DNA of 63,907 bases. Source: Chiloscyllium plagiosum. Its lineage: Eukaryota. Positions 26,001 to 38,778 of this stretch are shown here, piece after piece; the stretch's first letter is position 1, and each line of letters begins with the position of its first letter. The notes beneath the pieces are model-generated. The model ran no database searches. It had not been told where the DNA came from and saw only the letters and a program-made list of their open reading frames with translations. The DNA lies in the NCBI RefSeq assembly GCF_004010195.1, contig NC_057755.1, positions 9,676,202 through 9,740,108 on the forward strand. Reading direction: 5' to 3'. Position numbers and translations under genes: made by a program.

Positions 26001-27400
26001 AAAGAGTGCGTGGAAGACAGCGGAGGGACTTTTAATGCAAGAAATATAGGAGCATAGGAGCAGGCGGATGCCATTCAACACCTTTGAGCCTATTTGGCCA
26101 TTCATTGAGAACATGGCTAGTCTATGGTCTCACTCTATATAGTCGCATTTGCCTCATTTCCACGAATATCTTTGCTGAATAAAAAAAATCATCTCTGATT
26201 TGAAGTTAACAAATGATCCAGTATTGATGCCATTTTCAAAGAAATTTCGACAGAAGTCTTACCCTTTGTGTAGAGAAGTGTTCTTACCATCCCTCTTGAA
26301 CAGTTCAGCACTAGTTCTTCGTTGATGCCTCTTAGTTTGAGAATTTCCAACGGTGGAAACAGTTCATTTTTATATACTTCGCAATTTCCTGTTAATATTT
26401 TGCGTATTTCGTTCTTAAATTGTGAAGACTTCATATGATCACGATTCAACATTCAAAATTCTTGGGAAAACAGGCGTAATGCATACAATCTAACCTCATA
26501 AATTACCCTTGATGTCAACTTATAATTTTCGTTTCCCTACGTTGTACTCCCTCCAAAGTCCAAGCTAGATTGTGATGCCTAGATCTGCTCATACTCTCCA
26601 AGTGGAGTCTAACCAGGGTTTTGTCCAACTGCAGCGTAACTTCTGCATCCATATATCCCACGCTCTCAATATAATGGCCAGGATCTCATTAGCCCCTGGA
26701 TTATTTTCTGCACTGTTTGTGTTATTTTAAAGGTCGAGGCACCTGAAGCATGACCTCTTGTGATTGTGAAATTGCATTTGAACTCTAACAGTGCACAGAT
26801 AGACCATTCAGCCCGTTGTGACTCAACCTCTTCTCTTGGCATGTTGGTAACATGTCAATTTCCAACCTGCTGTCATTTGCCGAATCATTTGATGCCTTAT
26901 TAATATTCCAATTGCAAGCACCTCCAACATACTGACAGGGAATGTATTGAGTTATGCCAAAACACTTGAAGACTACAAGGTCATAAGAAATATGATCACG
27001 TACATCATTCAAGGCGGCTCCAGCGTTCAATCGCATCATGGCTGATATGACTCTTCTTATCTCCATTTTCCTGCATTTTTCGTGTAACATTTGAATTCTC
27101 TGTACTTTGTGTGATTCACTTTCTTCTTCAAACCTTCTTCTAAACGTGCTCTGCACTCTATTTAATGCCTTCGCATTCTTCCAAAATGGAATAAAGATCT
27201 GTAAGTGGTTCTGTAGCTGAGAGTCAATAATACACTCCGTGCTCTTGTAATCCTTACTCCTATCGATACTACATGCGTTTATAAGAAATTTCTTTAACTC
27301 TGTGACGATTTTGAACAATTCACGCGCATATGCATCCAGACCTCTTTGCACATGCATCTCCTTAAGAATTGTAATCGTTACTTAACACAATTTTCCAATG
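23090..27400 (-). mobile_element. Patchwork of old minus-strand CR1-like 3' fragments (~23090-23480, 24080-25130, 26040-27400) with unassigned DNA between
   Basis: Peptides such as MTRMLPGLESFKCEERLD and LQIFIPFWKNAKALNRVQSTFRRR; typical CR1 3' UTR remnants. Confidence 0.55.
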
Positions 27401-28714
27401 CTCATTGGAATGAAATGTTCCACCTCAGACTTATTATACTTTCTGAGGATGTTGCTTTCTTTCCAATCTCGTTCCATTTTCCATTAAACCTGGACGCTGC
27501 TTATATTTGAATATTCATCTCAAGCCCTCTTGGATGCCTCAACCGAAGTTGCCTCGACCACACTCCCAGGCAAAGCTTTATATTTGTGTGTTTGGTTTAA
27601 TTAGCACCAGGGTTCACCGCCATGTCATAACACTTACTGTAACTGAAATTTCCACTCGTATTATCAGCCTTGAGTGTGATTTTAATGCATTCACTCATTT
27701 ACTGAAGTACTCTTTTCCCTGATTTCTCTGACCTTCTGATCAACGTTCTCTGCAAATGTTTCATGTCTACCCTTTTATTAGTAATATGTTCTCGTTGTGT
27801 TAAAAGGTCGCCCTGTAAATAAATACTTCTGAGAGTTGTGATAAATTAAAGCTCCATTTTCCTCCTCAGTTGTATAATTTTCCAGGATAACGATCCTAAA
27901 CAGACTTAACACAAGCCCATTGTAACTAATTTCTTACGATGGCCTGAGGACATTTGGTAATGCACCACGAACCAAAATAAAACTTAATTCAAAGAAGGAA
28001 ACGACTTCTTGTTTGTCTATAGCCTGTCCAAAATAATATAAACAGTCGCCATAATTCTTATTGAATGATCTAAAACAAGAATCTCTCCATTCTATTTATT
28101 CTTCAAACAAGTCATTAACAAATTGTTAAGTGTGCAAACGCAGCTGGTGGTGAAAAAGGAAATGACATAATGTAAATTTAGTCGTTTTTTTTATTATATC
28201 AGTATATTGCAATAGAGTGGGAGGTAGGTAAGAGGAGGCTTAGAGTTATAAATAGTTGTTGCTCAATGTTCACTTTTGTAGGTAAAGAATAAATTGATAC
28301 TTTTAACATTAAAATAGTGGAATTTGGCTAGTTCTCTGCCATCCATACCTTAACAGATTACGAGGCGAGGTGAAATAGGATGCAATTACCTGAACACAGA
28401 TTTTATGCTAGAATTAGGCGAACATTGGTGAGGTTGCACCTAGAATGTCATGTTTGGTCTCCACACATGAGGAGAGGCATTGTCAGCGAAGCATTAGTAG
28501 TCTGATTCCTAATGTGGTCGGACTAACTTGATCAGTTGCAATTAAATTCACTGGGATTTGAGAAAATGAGGATCGAGTCTCGTATCGATCTCTAATATTG
28601 TAACAGAACTGGGTAGAATATATAGAGGAAGGGTGTCCATAATTCCTACCATATCAAAGATCTGTTCTATCTTTTATATGCTAGTGTTGCTCTAATGTGA
28701 AAAACCGAATGCTG

Positions 28715-31700
28715 TTCGTGAGACGTGCGAGGGTTGAGCGAAGGACTTCTGGGAAGATGAGTCTAACTGTTTAAAAACCTTACTTCAGGTGTCGGGGCCT
28801 CCATTTGCTGAGAGTGCGAGGGAGGAGCAAAGGACTTGTGGGAAGACATATATTTATATAGCTGCGTTACTCGAAACAATACTCGGGTAGCGTCTCCAAT
28901 CCATCCTCCTCCTCTAACCAATAAAAAAAGGTTCTGTGCGCCAGGTTGGTAAGGTAACGAGTTTATTTTTTATTCATTATTTTTCAACAGTCTCTTTAGG
29001 AATTTAGAATAGTGGGAATGGAGGTGAGGGCAGTTGACTGTTCCTCCAGCAGAATGTGGGAGGTTAGGGTCACTACTCGTGTCCCTGCTGACTACATCTG
29101 CGGGAGGTGCACCCAACTCCAGCTCCTCGAAAACCGCGTTAGGGAACTAGAGCTACAGCTGGATGAACTTCAGATCATTTGGCAGGCAGAGGGGTTTATT
29201 GAGAGGAGTTGCAAGGACGTCGTCACTTCTCAGGTACAAGAAAAAGGCAGATGGCTTACAGTCATGTGAAGGAACCGAAACCGGCAGGCAGTGCAGGGAT
29301 ACCCTGTGGCCATTCCGCTCAACAATAATTATAGCATTTTGGATACTGTTGATGGGGACGACTTACCAGGGGAAAGCACTGGGGCACAGGGCTCTGGCAC
29401 AGAGTCTGTCCCTGCTGCTCAGAAGGGAAGGGGGAAGAGGAGCTGAGCAGTAGTCATTGGGGACTCTATAGTTAGGGGGACAGATAGGAGGTTCTGTGGC
29501 GACGAGAGAGACTCATGGTTGGTGTGTTGCCTTCCATTTGACAGGGTTCATGATGTCTCTGATCGTGCTTTTGGAATCCTTAAGGGGGAGGGGGAGCAGC
29601 CCCAAGTCGTGGTCCACATAGGCACCAACGACATCGGCAGGAAGAGAGATGGGGATTTAAAGCAGAAATTCTGGCAGCTAGGATGGAAGCTTAGAGCTTG
29701 GAAGAACAGAATTGTTATCTCTGATTTGTTGCCCGTGCCACGTGCTAGTGAGACGAGGAATAAGGAGAGAGAGGTGTTGAACACGTGGCAAGATGGAGGG
29801 TTTTGGATTCTTGGATAATTGGGTCTCTTACTGAGGTAGGTGGGACCTCTACAAACAGGATGGTCTTCATCTGAACCAGAGGGGTCTCAATATCCTAGGC
29901 TGGGGGGTGGGATTCGTTAAGGCTATTGCGGTGAGTTTAAACTAATCCATCAGGGGGCTGGGAACCAAAATTGTAGTACGAGGATAGAAACGGTTGAGAG
30001 TAGGGAGGTCCAAAATCAAGTTTCAGGGACGCAAGATGGCACCGGCAAGCAAGAAGTTGGTTTGAAGTGTGTCTACATCAACGCCAGGAGCATCCAGAAT
30101 AAGGTGGGTGGACTTGCAGCATGGGTTGGAACCTGAGACTTCGATGCTGTGGCCATTTCGGTGACATGGATAGAGCAGGGACAGAAATGGTTGTTGCAGG
30201 TTCCAGGAATTAGATGTTTCAGAAAGAACAGACAAAATGGTTTGAGAGGGGGAGGTGTGGCATTGTTGGTCAAGGACAGTATTACAGTTGCAGAAAGAAT
30301 GTTTGGGGACTCGTCAACTGAGGTAGCATGGGCTGAGGTTATAAACAGGAAAGGAGAGGGTTCTGCTATTGGGAGGTTTCTATCGGCTTCCGAATAGTTT
30401 CAGAGATATAGAGGAAAGGATAGCAAAGATGATTCTCGATAGGAGTGAGAGAGACAGGGTAGTTGTCATGGGGGACTTCAACTTTCCAAATATTGACTGG
30501 GAACACTATAATACGATCAGCTTTTGTCCAGTGTGCGCAGGAGGGCTTCCTGACACAGTATATAGACAGGCCAACAAGGGGCGAAGCCACATTAGATTTG
30601 ATACTGGGTAATGAGCCCGGCCAGGTGTTAGACTTGGACGTAGGTGAGCACTTTGGTGATCACGATCACAATTCTGTGATGTTTACTTTACTGATAGAAA
30701 GGGATAGGTGTATACCACTTGGCAAGAGTTACAACTGGGGAAAGGCATTTACGATGCGATTAGGCAAGATTTAGGAAGCATAGGATGGGGAAGGAAACTG
30801 CAAAGGATGGGCACCTTGGACATGTGGAGCTTATTCAAGGAAAGACTCCTGTGTGTTCTAGATAAGTATGTATCTGTATGGCAGAGAGGAAGCTGTAGAG
30901 CGCAGGAGCCGTGGTTTACGAAGGAAGTTGTATATCTGGTCAAAAGGAAGAAGAAGGCTGATGTTAGGATGAGATGTGAAGGCTCAGTTAGGGCGCTTGA
31001 GGGTTACAAGTTAGATTAGAGTGGTGCTGGAAAAGCACAGCAGTTCAGGTAGCATCCGAGAAGCAGTAAAATTGACGTTTCGGGCAAACGCCCTTCATCA
31101 GGAATACAGCCAGGAATGTAGCCAGGAAAAACTTAAAGATAGAGCTCAGAAGAGGCAGGAGGAGACGTGAGAAGTTGTTGGCGGATTGTATCAGGGTGAA
31201 GGCTAAGGCTTTCTATAGGTATTTAAGGAATAAAGGAATGACGAGACTAAGATTAGGACCAATCAAGGATAATTATGGGACGTTGTGTGTGGAGCCAGAG
31301 GAGATTGGGGAAGCATTAAATTAATATTTTTCGACAGTATACAATCTAGAAATCGACAATGTTGTCGAGTAGAATGCTGAGATACAGACTACTAGACTAG
31401 GTGGGATTGAGATCCACAAGGAAGAGGTATTAGAAATCCGGCAGAGTGTGAAAATAGATAAGTCCCCTGGGCCGGATGGGATTTATCCCAGTATCCTCTG
31501 GGAAGCCAGGGAGGAGATTTCCGAGCCATTGGCATTGATCTTTGAATCGTCAATGTCTACAGGAATAGTGCCAGAAGACTGGAGGATAGCAAATGCGGTT
31601 TTCCTGTTCAAGAAGGGGAGTAGAGACAACCCTTGTAATTATAGACCAGTGAGCCTTTCTTCAGTTGTTGGTAAAGTGCTGGAAAAGGTTATAAGACGTA

Positions 31701-32993
31701 GGATTTATAATCATCTAGAAAAGAATAATTTGATTAGGATTTGTGCAGGGAAGGTCGAGCCTCACAAACCGTATTGAGTTCTTTGGGAAGGTGACCAAAC
31801 AGGTACATGAGAGTAAACCGATTGATGCGGTGTATATCGATTTCGGCAAGGCGTTTGACAAGGTTCCCCACAGTAGACTATTGTACAACATGCGGAAGAA
31901 TGGGATAGTGGGAAGTATAGCAGTTTGGATCAGTAATTGGCTTGCTGAAAGAAGACAGAGGGTGGTGGTTGATGGGAAATATTCATCCTGGAGACCAGTT
32001 ACTAATGGTGTACCGCAAGGGTCGGTGTTGGGTCCACTGCTATTCGTAATTTTTATACACGACCTGGATGAGGGCATAGAAGGTTGGGTTAGTAAATTTG
32101 CAGCTGACACTAATATCGGTGGAGTTGTGGATAGTGACGAAGGATGTTGTAGGTTACAGAGAGACATAGATAAGCTTCAGAGCTGGGCTGAGAGGTGGCA
32201 AATTGAGTTTAATGAGGACAAGTGTGAGGTGATTCACTTTGGTTGGAGTAACCGGAAAGCAAAGTACTGGGCTAATGGTAAGATTCTTGGTAGTGTAGTT
32301 GAGCAGAGAGATCTTGGTGTCCATATACACCGATCCTTGAAAGTTGCCACCCAGGTTGCCAGGGTTGTTAAGAAGGCATACAGTGTTTTAGCTTTTATAA
32401 ATATAGGGATCGAGTTCTGGAACCATGAGGTTATGCTACAGCTGTACAGAACTCTGGTGCAGCCACAATTGGAGCCTTGTGTACAGTTCTGGTCACCGCA
32501 TTGTAAGAAGGATGTGAAAGCTTTGTGAAGGGTGCAGAGGAGATTTACTAAGATGTTGCCTGGTATGGAGGGAAGGTTTTACGAGGAAAGGCTGAGGGAC
32601 TTGAGGCTGTTTTCGTTAGAGAGAAGAAGGTTGAGAGGTGACTTAATAGACACATATAAGATAAGCAGAGGGTTAGATAGGGTGGACAGGGAGAGCCTTT
32701 TACCAAGTATGGTGATGACGAGCACGACGGGGCATAACTTTAAATTGAGGGCTGATAGATATAGGACATATGTCAGAGATAGTTTCTTTACTCAGAGAGT
32801 AGGAAGGGTATGGAATGCTTTGCCTGCAATGATAGTAGATTCGCCAACTTTAAGGACATTTGAGTCAACATTGGACAAGCATATGGACGTATATGAAATA
32901 GTGTAGGTTAGATGGGTTTCAGATTGGTATGACAGGTCGGCACAACACCGAGGGCCGAAGGTCCTGTACTGCGTTGTAATGTTCTATGTTCTA
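28715..32993 (+). mobile_element. Near full-length CR1/HER1 LINE (ORF1 Zn-finger + SGNH esterase; ORF2 APE endonuclease + RT), inactivated
   Basis: ORF1 CSSSRMWE..YICGRCTQLQLLENRVRELE, VVVHIGTNDIG; ORF2 GDFNFPNIDW, TLDLIL, SPGPDG, DFGKAFDKVPH, GVPQGSVLGP, FAADT; tail (GTTCTAT)n; frameshifts and stops. Confidence 0.93.
31016..31103 (-). mobile_element. Short Penelope-type hammerhead element inserted in CR1 ORF2
   Basis: CTGATGA A GGGC GTTT GCCC GAAA CGTC; interrupts CR1 at TACAAGTTAG|CCAGG. Confidence 0.85.
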
Positions 32994-33247
32994 TGACAAG
33001 TGGTTTTCCACATGAATCCGTGTTGGAATCACTTATGTTTGTGGTATGTAAAAATGATCTGCAGGAATGTATAGGTGGTCTGATTTGCAAGTTTGCAGAT
33101 GACACTAAGATTGGTGGAGCAGCAGACTGTGACCGCAACTGTCAGAAATGCAGAAGAATGTCGATAGATTGGAACTTGGGCAAATAAATAGCAGATGTAG
33201 TTCAATCCAACCAAATGGATTTGGCAGATCCAATCCACGAGTGAACT

Positions 33248-34277
33248 TATCGAGTTTTGAGAAGATTTGTAGCTCAAGTTGAGGTTTTGGATGTAGGTTT
33301 GCTCCCTGAGCTGAAAGTTTCGTTTCCAGACGTTCCTTTACCTTACCAGGTCACATCTTCAATGGACGTCATGCGAGGTAATACTGAAAATGTCTGCATT
33401 CTATTTATATGTTTGGATTTCTTTGGGTTGGTGATGTCATTTCCTGTGATGAAGTCACTTCCTCTTCCTTTTCTCAGGGGTGTGGTGGATGGGGTCTAAC
33501 TCGACGTGTTTTTTGATAGAGTTACAGTCGGAATGCCATGCTTCTAGGAATTCTCGTGCGCATCTTTGTTTGGCTTGTCCTAGGATGGATGTATTGTCCC
33601 AGTCGAAGTGGTGTCTTTCCTCATTCTTATGTGAGGATACTAGTGAGATAGGTTATGTCTTTTTATGGCTAGTTGGTGTTCATGTATCCTGGTGGCTAGT
33701 TTTCTGCTTGCTTTTCCAACACACACTAAACACACTAAAACAGCAGCTTGAAAGACTCTATACAGACAATCAGCAAAACTAACGTCATTTTCAAAATACC
33801 GTGCAACGACTGTAGCAAACACTACATTGGACAGGCAGGCAGACAACTAACCACCAGGATACATGAACACCAACTAGCCACAAAAAGACATGACCCTCTC
33901 TTACGAGTATCCTCACATACGGATGAGGAAGGACACCATTTCGACTGGGACTTACATCCATCCTAGGACAGGCCAAAGAAAGACATGCACGAGAATTCCT
34001 AGAAGCATGGCATTCGAACCAGAACTCTATCAACAAACACATCGAGTTATGTCCCATCTACCACCACTTGAGAAAAGGAATAAGAAGTGACTTCAACACA
34101 GGAAATGACATCACGACAGGAAATGATATCACCAACCCAAAGAAACTCAAAGAAATAAATAGAATGCAGGAATTTTCAGCATTGCTTCACATGAGGTCCA
34201 CTGAAGATGTTACCTAGTGAGGTAACGAAACGTCTGGAAATGAACGTTTCAGCTCAGCGAGCAAACCTACATCCAAA
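33248..34277 (+). mobile_element. Penelope-like element: inverted copy (33257-~33720) followed by forward GIY-YIG 3' end (~33725-34277); 11-bp TSD
   Basis: NVIFKIPCNDCSKHYIGQAGRQLTTRIHEHQLATKRHD (GIY-YIG); the two parts are reverse complements; TSD ACGAGTGAACT at 33237-33247 and 34278-34288. Confidence 0.92.
34197..34238 (+). ncRNA. Minimal type I hammerhead ribozyme motif, intact
   Basis: TCCA-CTGAAGA-T-GTTACC(TAGTGA)GGTAAC-GAAA-CGTC^TGGA: 4-bp stem I, 6-bp stem II, palindromic ACGT helix III; predicted cleavage after 34234. Confidence 0.8.
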
Positions 34278-35606
34278 ACGAGTGAACTATATGGTGAATG
34301 GAAAAGCCCTGGAGAAAATTGATGTGCAGAGAGAGCTGGGTGCTCAGGTTCATTGTACCTGAAGGTGGCAACGCAGGTTGATGGATTGGTCAAGATGGCA
34401 TATGGCATGTTTTCCTTCATCGCACGGGGTATTGCGAGAAGTGTAAGCATGTCATGTTATGATTGTATAGCACTTTGGTATGATTACATTTGGAATGCTG
34501 CATCCAGTTCTGGTCGCCACATTACCAAAGGAATATGTTTGCTTTGGAGAGGGAACAGAAAATGTTCACCAGGATCTTGCTTTCTGTGGAGGGCGCTAGC
34601 TGCAAATGATGATTATCTTCATTAGAAGGATGGAGGTTGGGGGAATCTTATTGAGGTCTCCAAAACGTTGAGAGTTTGACTGGGTGGATAGCAAGAAGCT
34701 TTTTTTATTCCAGAGTGAGTGACTCAATTACTAGGAGTCACAAGTTCAAGGTGAGAAGGGAAAACTTTAAGGAAGATATGCGTGGAATGTTCTTGACACA
34801 GAGGTTGATGGGTGCCTGGAATATATTGTCGGCAAAGGTGGTAGGAGTGTGCATGATTTCAGAATTTATGATGTTTCTAAACAGATACAGATCCTCAGAA
34901 AATAGGCGAAAGGTCATGATCGAGCCTTCGTTTCAGCGCAGGCTTGGAATGCTGAAGGGCCTGTTCCTGTTCGATAATTTTCCTTTTTTTGACTCCAGTG
35001 TTCTGAACCTTTTCAATTATGTTGACAAGACCACTGATCTTTGCCTTCCGAGGCACTCCTTTAAGAGGAACAATGCTAACAATTTATCCTTGTTTGTTAT
35101 GTTCAAAGATAATTTGAATTACCTGCTCAATCCTAAAATTCTGCATTTTACTTTTTCTTTTAAGTGAGCCTGAGATATGTCGCATGTTTGTGTAATTTTG
35201 TGGGAACCATCGAATATCAAGTGATCAGGGAACAGGCAATTGATTCAGAGAATGCACTCATGTTAAGTTTCAGAGAAGTTTAGAAATGAATCTTAATTTG
35301 TTTTGAAAGCAAAATTGCAGAAACATCAGCACAGCGCCAGTTTAGGCAGGTATATAGATAGTAACAGAGTGGATTAGTAAACAAGTAAGAGTTTAATGAT
35401 GGTCATGGATTCATTGTCAATTGTTACCTTCCTTGTTTGACTTAATTTGATACAAGTAAGGAATTTATTGCCATTCGTGACAAATAGTACATGACTGAAC
35501 GGTTTGATTCATTCTTTATTGAAGCGTTCTATTTGTGATCGGAGGAAGGAGAACATGAGAAATTTATTTCACCCCATTACAACTTTCTGAGGCAGGTATT
35601 TGCTTT

Positions 35607-36615
35607 TCACTTTATATTTTGAGTAGCCAATATCAGAATAAATGACCAAGAAAATCATAATACTTCATTCATCTCTTGCCTGAATTTGCTTTTCATCTGC
35701 CTGAAAGAACACATTTGTGCATGAATTGAAATAGATCAGCATATAGACGGTTTCAGTGGCGACCTAAGTAGGGGTTGCATAAACACCTTAATAAAGTGTG
35801 ATATTACTTATTCTCCTAGACGAAAAAAAACTCACTGCTGTTGTCGGCCATAGAAGGATAAAACTGCCTGTAACAGAGAAGAATACAATTATGGACTTCC
35901 TTTAGCTCTCCATCTCTGGGTCTGTTTTATTCTCACTATTGAGTCCCTGCACTGACGTGCGGGCTCTGTTGGCTGCTACAATACTTTGTCTTTTGGCTTT
36001 TAAGCAATTAAATAAGAATATCAAAGAAAATGAAAGGCAAAGGACTGAAATACTATGTAACCAGTAGAATGCTACACCTTGTGGCGAAGTGAAAAGGTTC
36101 AAATTGTTGCACAAACCCACTGTAAATGTTCAGTAACTGATTTCGATTCAAATACAAACCAAAAGGTTATGTTCTCCAGGCAAACCAGGGCAATGTTGAT
36201 CAATATAACTGCAGCCGCTGTTTTCACTCTGCAGTACTTTGTTTTCAGCCTCTTACAACATATTGCTACAGATCTATCAACGTAAACATGTCAGTGAACC
36301 ACACCGCCATTAACAGGTTGACTGAGCTCATGTCATTCTCGTTCCTGATGAAGGGCGCTTGCCCGAAACGTCAATTTTCCTGCTCAACGGATGCTGCCTG
36401 AGCTGTTGTGTTTTTGCAGCACCACTCTAATCTTGACTCATGTACTTAACAATCTTGAAAACTCCAGTGGAGAAGAAGAAGGAACACATAAAGTGATAAC
36501 TGAAAATGCGTTGGACAGTTACGTTCGTGATCATGCTCAGAACACCTGTTGTTGCCATGATCACCATGTAGGTAGAGGTACAATCAGAAAGGCTGCAGTT
36601 TCATTTGGCTTGCTT
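35607..36615 (-). pseudogene. GPR139-like GPCR pseudogene, best-preserved copy (TM2-TM7)
   Basis: SDCTSTYMVIMATTGVL; DRSVAICCKRLKTKYCRVKTAAAV; FYWLHSISV..SLIFLFNCL; DPEMES*RKSIIVFFSVTGSFILLW; ATETVYMLIYFNSCTN; SKFRQEM; stops, shifts and an inserted element. Confidence 0.9.
36334..36436 (+). mobile_element. Short Penelope-type hammerhead element inserted in the GPCR pseudogene; 7-bp TSD
   Basis: CTGATGA(36345) A GGGC GCTT GCCC GAAA CGTC; TSD CTCATGT at 36327-36333 and 36437-36443. Confidence 0.85.
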
Positions 36616-37260
36616 GTAGCATCCTCTATTTAAGCGCTTCCAAGGCTTACATAGATCACAGTCAATGCTGGAAGTTTTCCTCAGAATACGTTACATTTGT
36701 TATGATACCATGACTGACTGCCAAATCAAATGAGCCTCCGTATCACTTTATTCACAATACAGTTAAATGAAGATACTCAATGACACTCAACATTGACCTC
36801 ATTGTTTCTTAAATAGACATTTTGATTCACCGGTCACAGAATTTGTCAATAATCCAATATCAGGCATAAGGTTTATAGCTCAAACAAAATAAAAATAATT
36901 TATTAACAATACAGTACCTAATCAGTATCTAAGGTTAAGTATTACATTTTATTTCTGATCCTCTGTAATTATAGCCCCTATTCTTTCACTAAGACAGGCA
37001 GATACACAGACACATTCAGGAATGTATGATAAGGAAAAAAAAGTGACATGAGAGCCTGGTTTACTTAAGCTACTTCTACAACCTATAACATGACTGTCAC
37101 TTGAGATTGTAACTTGCTTAGTTTCTGATACCTTACTGCAGACTCCAAAATATATTAATTTGATTCTCATAACTGAGATTCGATTCTGTGAACTTTCATT
37201 AAGTAGGCAATGAAAGGACAACCAGGGAGCAAACCAACCTTTGTCCCGTAGCTTTCACAA

Positions 37261-38778
37261 GTCATAGGCCTCCAGTCTGAAAAACAACGTTCCACCACCA
37301 CCCTCTGTCTTCTACCTGTGTGCCAGTTCTGTATCCAAATGTCTAATTCTGCCTGTATTCCATGAGATCTAACATTGCTAATCAGTCTTCCACGGGGAAC
37401 CTTGTCGAACGCCTTACAGAAGTCCATATACTGTGACCAGTGGAATGCCACAAAGATCGGTGCTGGGTCCTCTACTTTTTGACATTTACATAAATGATTT
37501 GGTTGCGAGCATAAGAGGTAGAGTTAGTAAGTTTGCAGATGACACCAAAATTGGAGGTGTAGTGGACAGTGAAGAGGGCTACCTGAGATTACAACAGGAT
37601 CTGGACCAGATGGGCCAATGGGTTGAGAAGTGGCAGATGGAGTTTAATTCAGATAAATGCGAGGTGCTGCATTTTGGGAAAGCAAATCTTAGCAGGACTT
37701 ATACATTTAATGGGAAGGTCCTAGGGAGTGTTGCTGAACAAAGAGACCTTGGAGTGCAGGTTCATAGCTCCTTGAAAGTGGAGTCGCAGATAGATAGGAT
37801 AGTGAAGAAGGCATTAGGTATGCTTTCCTTTATTTGTCAGAGTATTGAGTACAAGATTTGTGAGGTCATGTTGCGGTTGTACAGGACATTGGTTAGGCCA
37901 CTGTTGGAATATTGCGTGCAATGCTGGTCTCCTTCCTATCGGAAAGATGTTGTGAAATTTGAAAGGGTTCAGAAATGGGCGGCACGGTAGCACAGTGGTT
38001 AGCACTGCTGCTTCACAGCGCCAGAGACCCGGGTTCAATTCCCGCCTCAGGCGACTCTCTGTGTGGAGTTTGCACATTCTCCCCGTGTCCGCGTGGATTT
38101 CCTCCGGGTGCTCCGGATTCCTCCCACAATCCAAAAATGTGCAGGGGTTAGGTGAATTGGCCATGCTAAATTGCCCGTAGTGTTTGGTGAAGGGGTAAAT
38201 GTAGGAGAATGGGTCTGGGTCGGTTACGCTTCGGCGGGTCGGTGTGGACTTGTTGGGCCGAAGGGCCTGTTTCCACACTGTAAGTAATCTAATCTAAAAC
38301 AAATGATTTACAAGGATGTGGCCAGGGTTGGAGGATTTGAGCTACAGGGAGAGGCTGAACAGGCTGGGGCTGTTTTCCCTGGAGCGTCAGAGGCTGAGGG
38401 GGTGACCTTATAGTAGTTTACAAAATTATGAGAGGCATGGATAGGATAAATAGACAAAGTCTTTTCCCTGGGTTCGGAGAGTCCCGAACTAGAGAGCATA
38501 GATTTACGGTGAGAGGGGAAAGATATAAAAGAGACCTAAGGGGCAACCTTTTCACACAGAGGGTGGTACTTGCATGGAATGAGCTGCCAGAGGAAGTGGT
38601 GATGGCTGGTACAATTGCAACATTTAAGAGGCATTTGGATGGGTATATGAATAGGAAGGGTTTAGATGGATATGGGCTGGGTGCTGGTAGGTGGGACGAG
38701 ATTGGGTTGGGATATCTGGTCGGCATGAAGGGGTTGGACCGAAGGGTCTGTTTCCATGCTTTACATCTCTATGACTCT
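37261..38778 (+). mobile_element. CR1/HER1 LINE 3' part with inverted 5' segment (37261-37431)
   Basis: Forward part TSGMPQRSVLGP..FADDTK..tail CTCTATGACTCTA; minus part YMDFCKAFDKVPRGRL...FSDWRPMT. Confidence 0.9.
37977..38297 (+). mobile_element. Young full-length HE1 SINE inserted in CR1
   Basis: GGGCGGCACGGTAGCACAGTGGTTAGC...GGTTCAATTCC...tail TAATCTAATCTAA; CR1 frame resumes after it. Confidence 0.95.

Larger units (their letters stand above)
32994..34985 (+). mobile_element. Older CR1 RT/3' fragment hosting a Penelope insertion
   Basis: SGFPHESVL..LICKFADDTKIGG (33000-33180); resumes at 34289 through FKVRRENFKEDMRGMFLTQRLMGAWN. Confidence 0.8.

Noticed and set aside
25530..26035. Non-repetitive coding-looking stretch
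   Set aside because: Stops in the frames examined on both strands and no identifiable family.
31743..32906. Active reverse transcriptase gene
   Set aside because: Fragment of CR1 ORF2 with the catalytic motif mutated (FAADT), plus stops and frameshifts.
37977..38050. tRNA gene
   Set aside because: The A and B boxes belong to the HE1 SINE head and continue into the SINE body.
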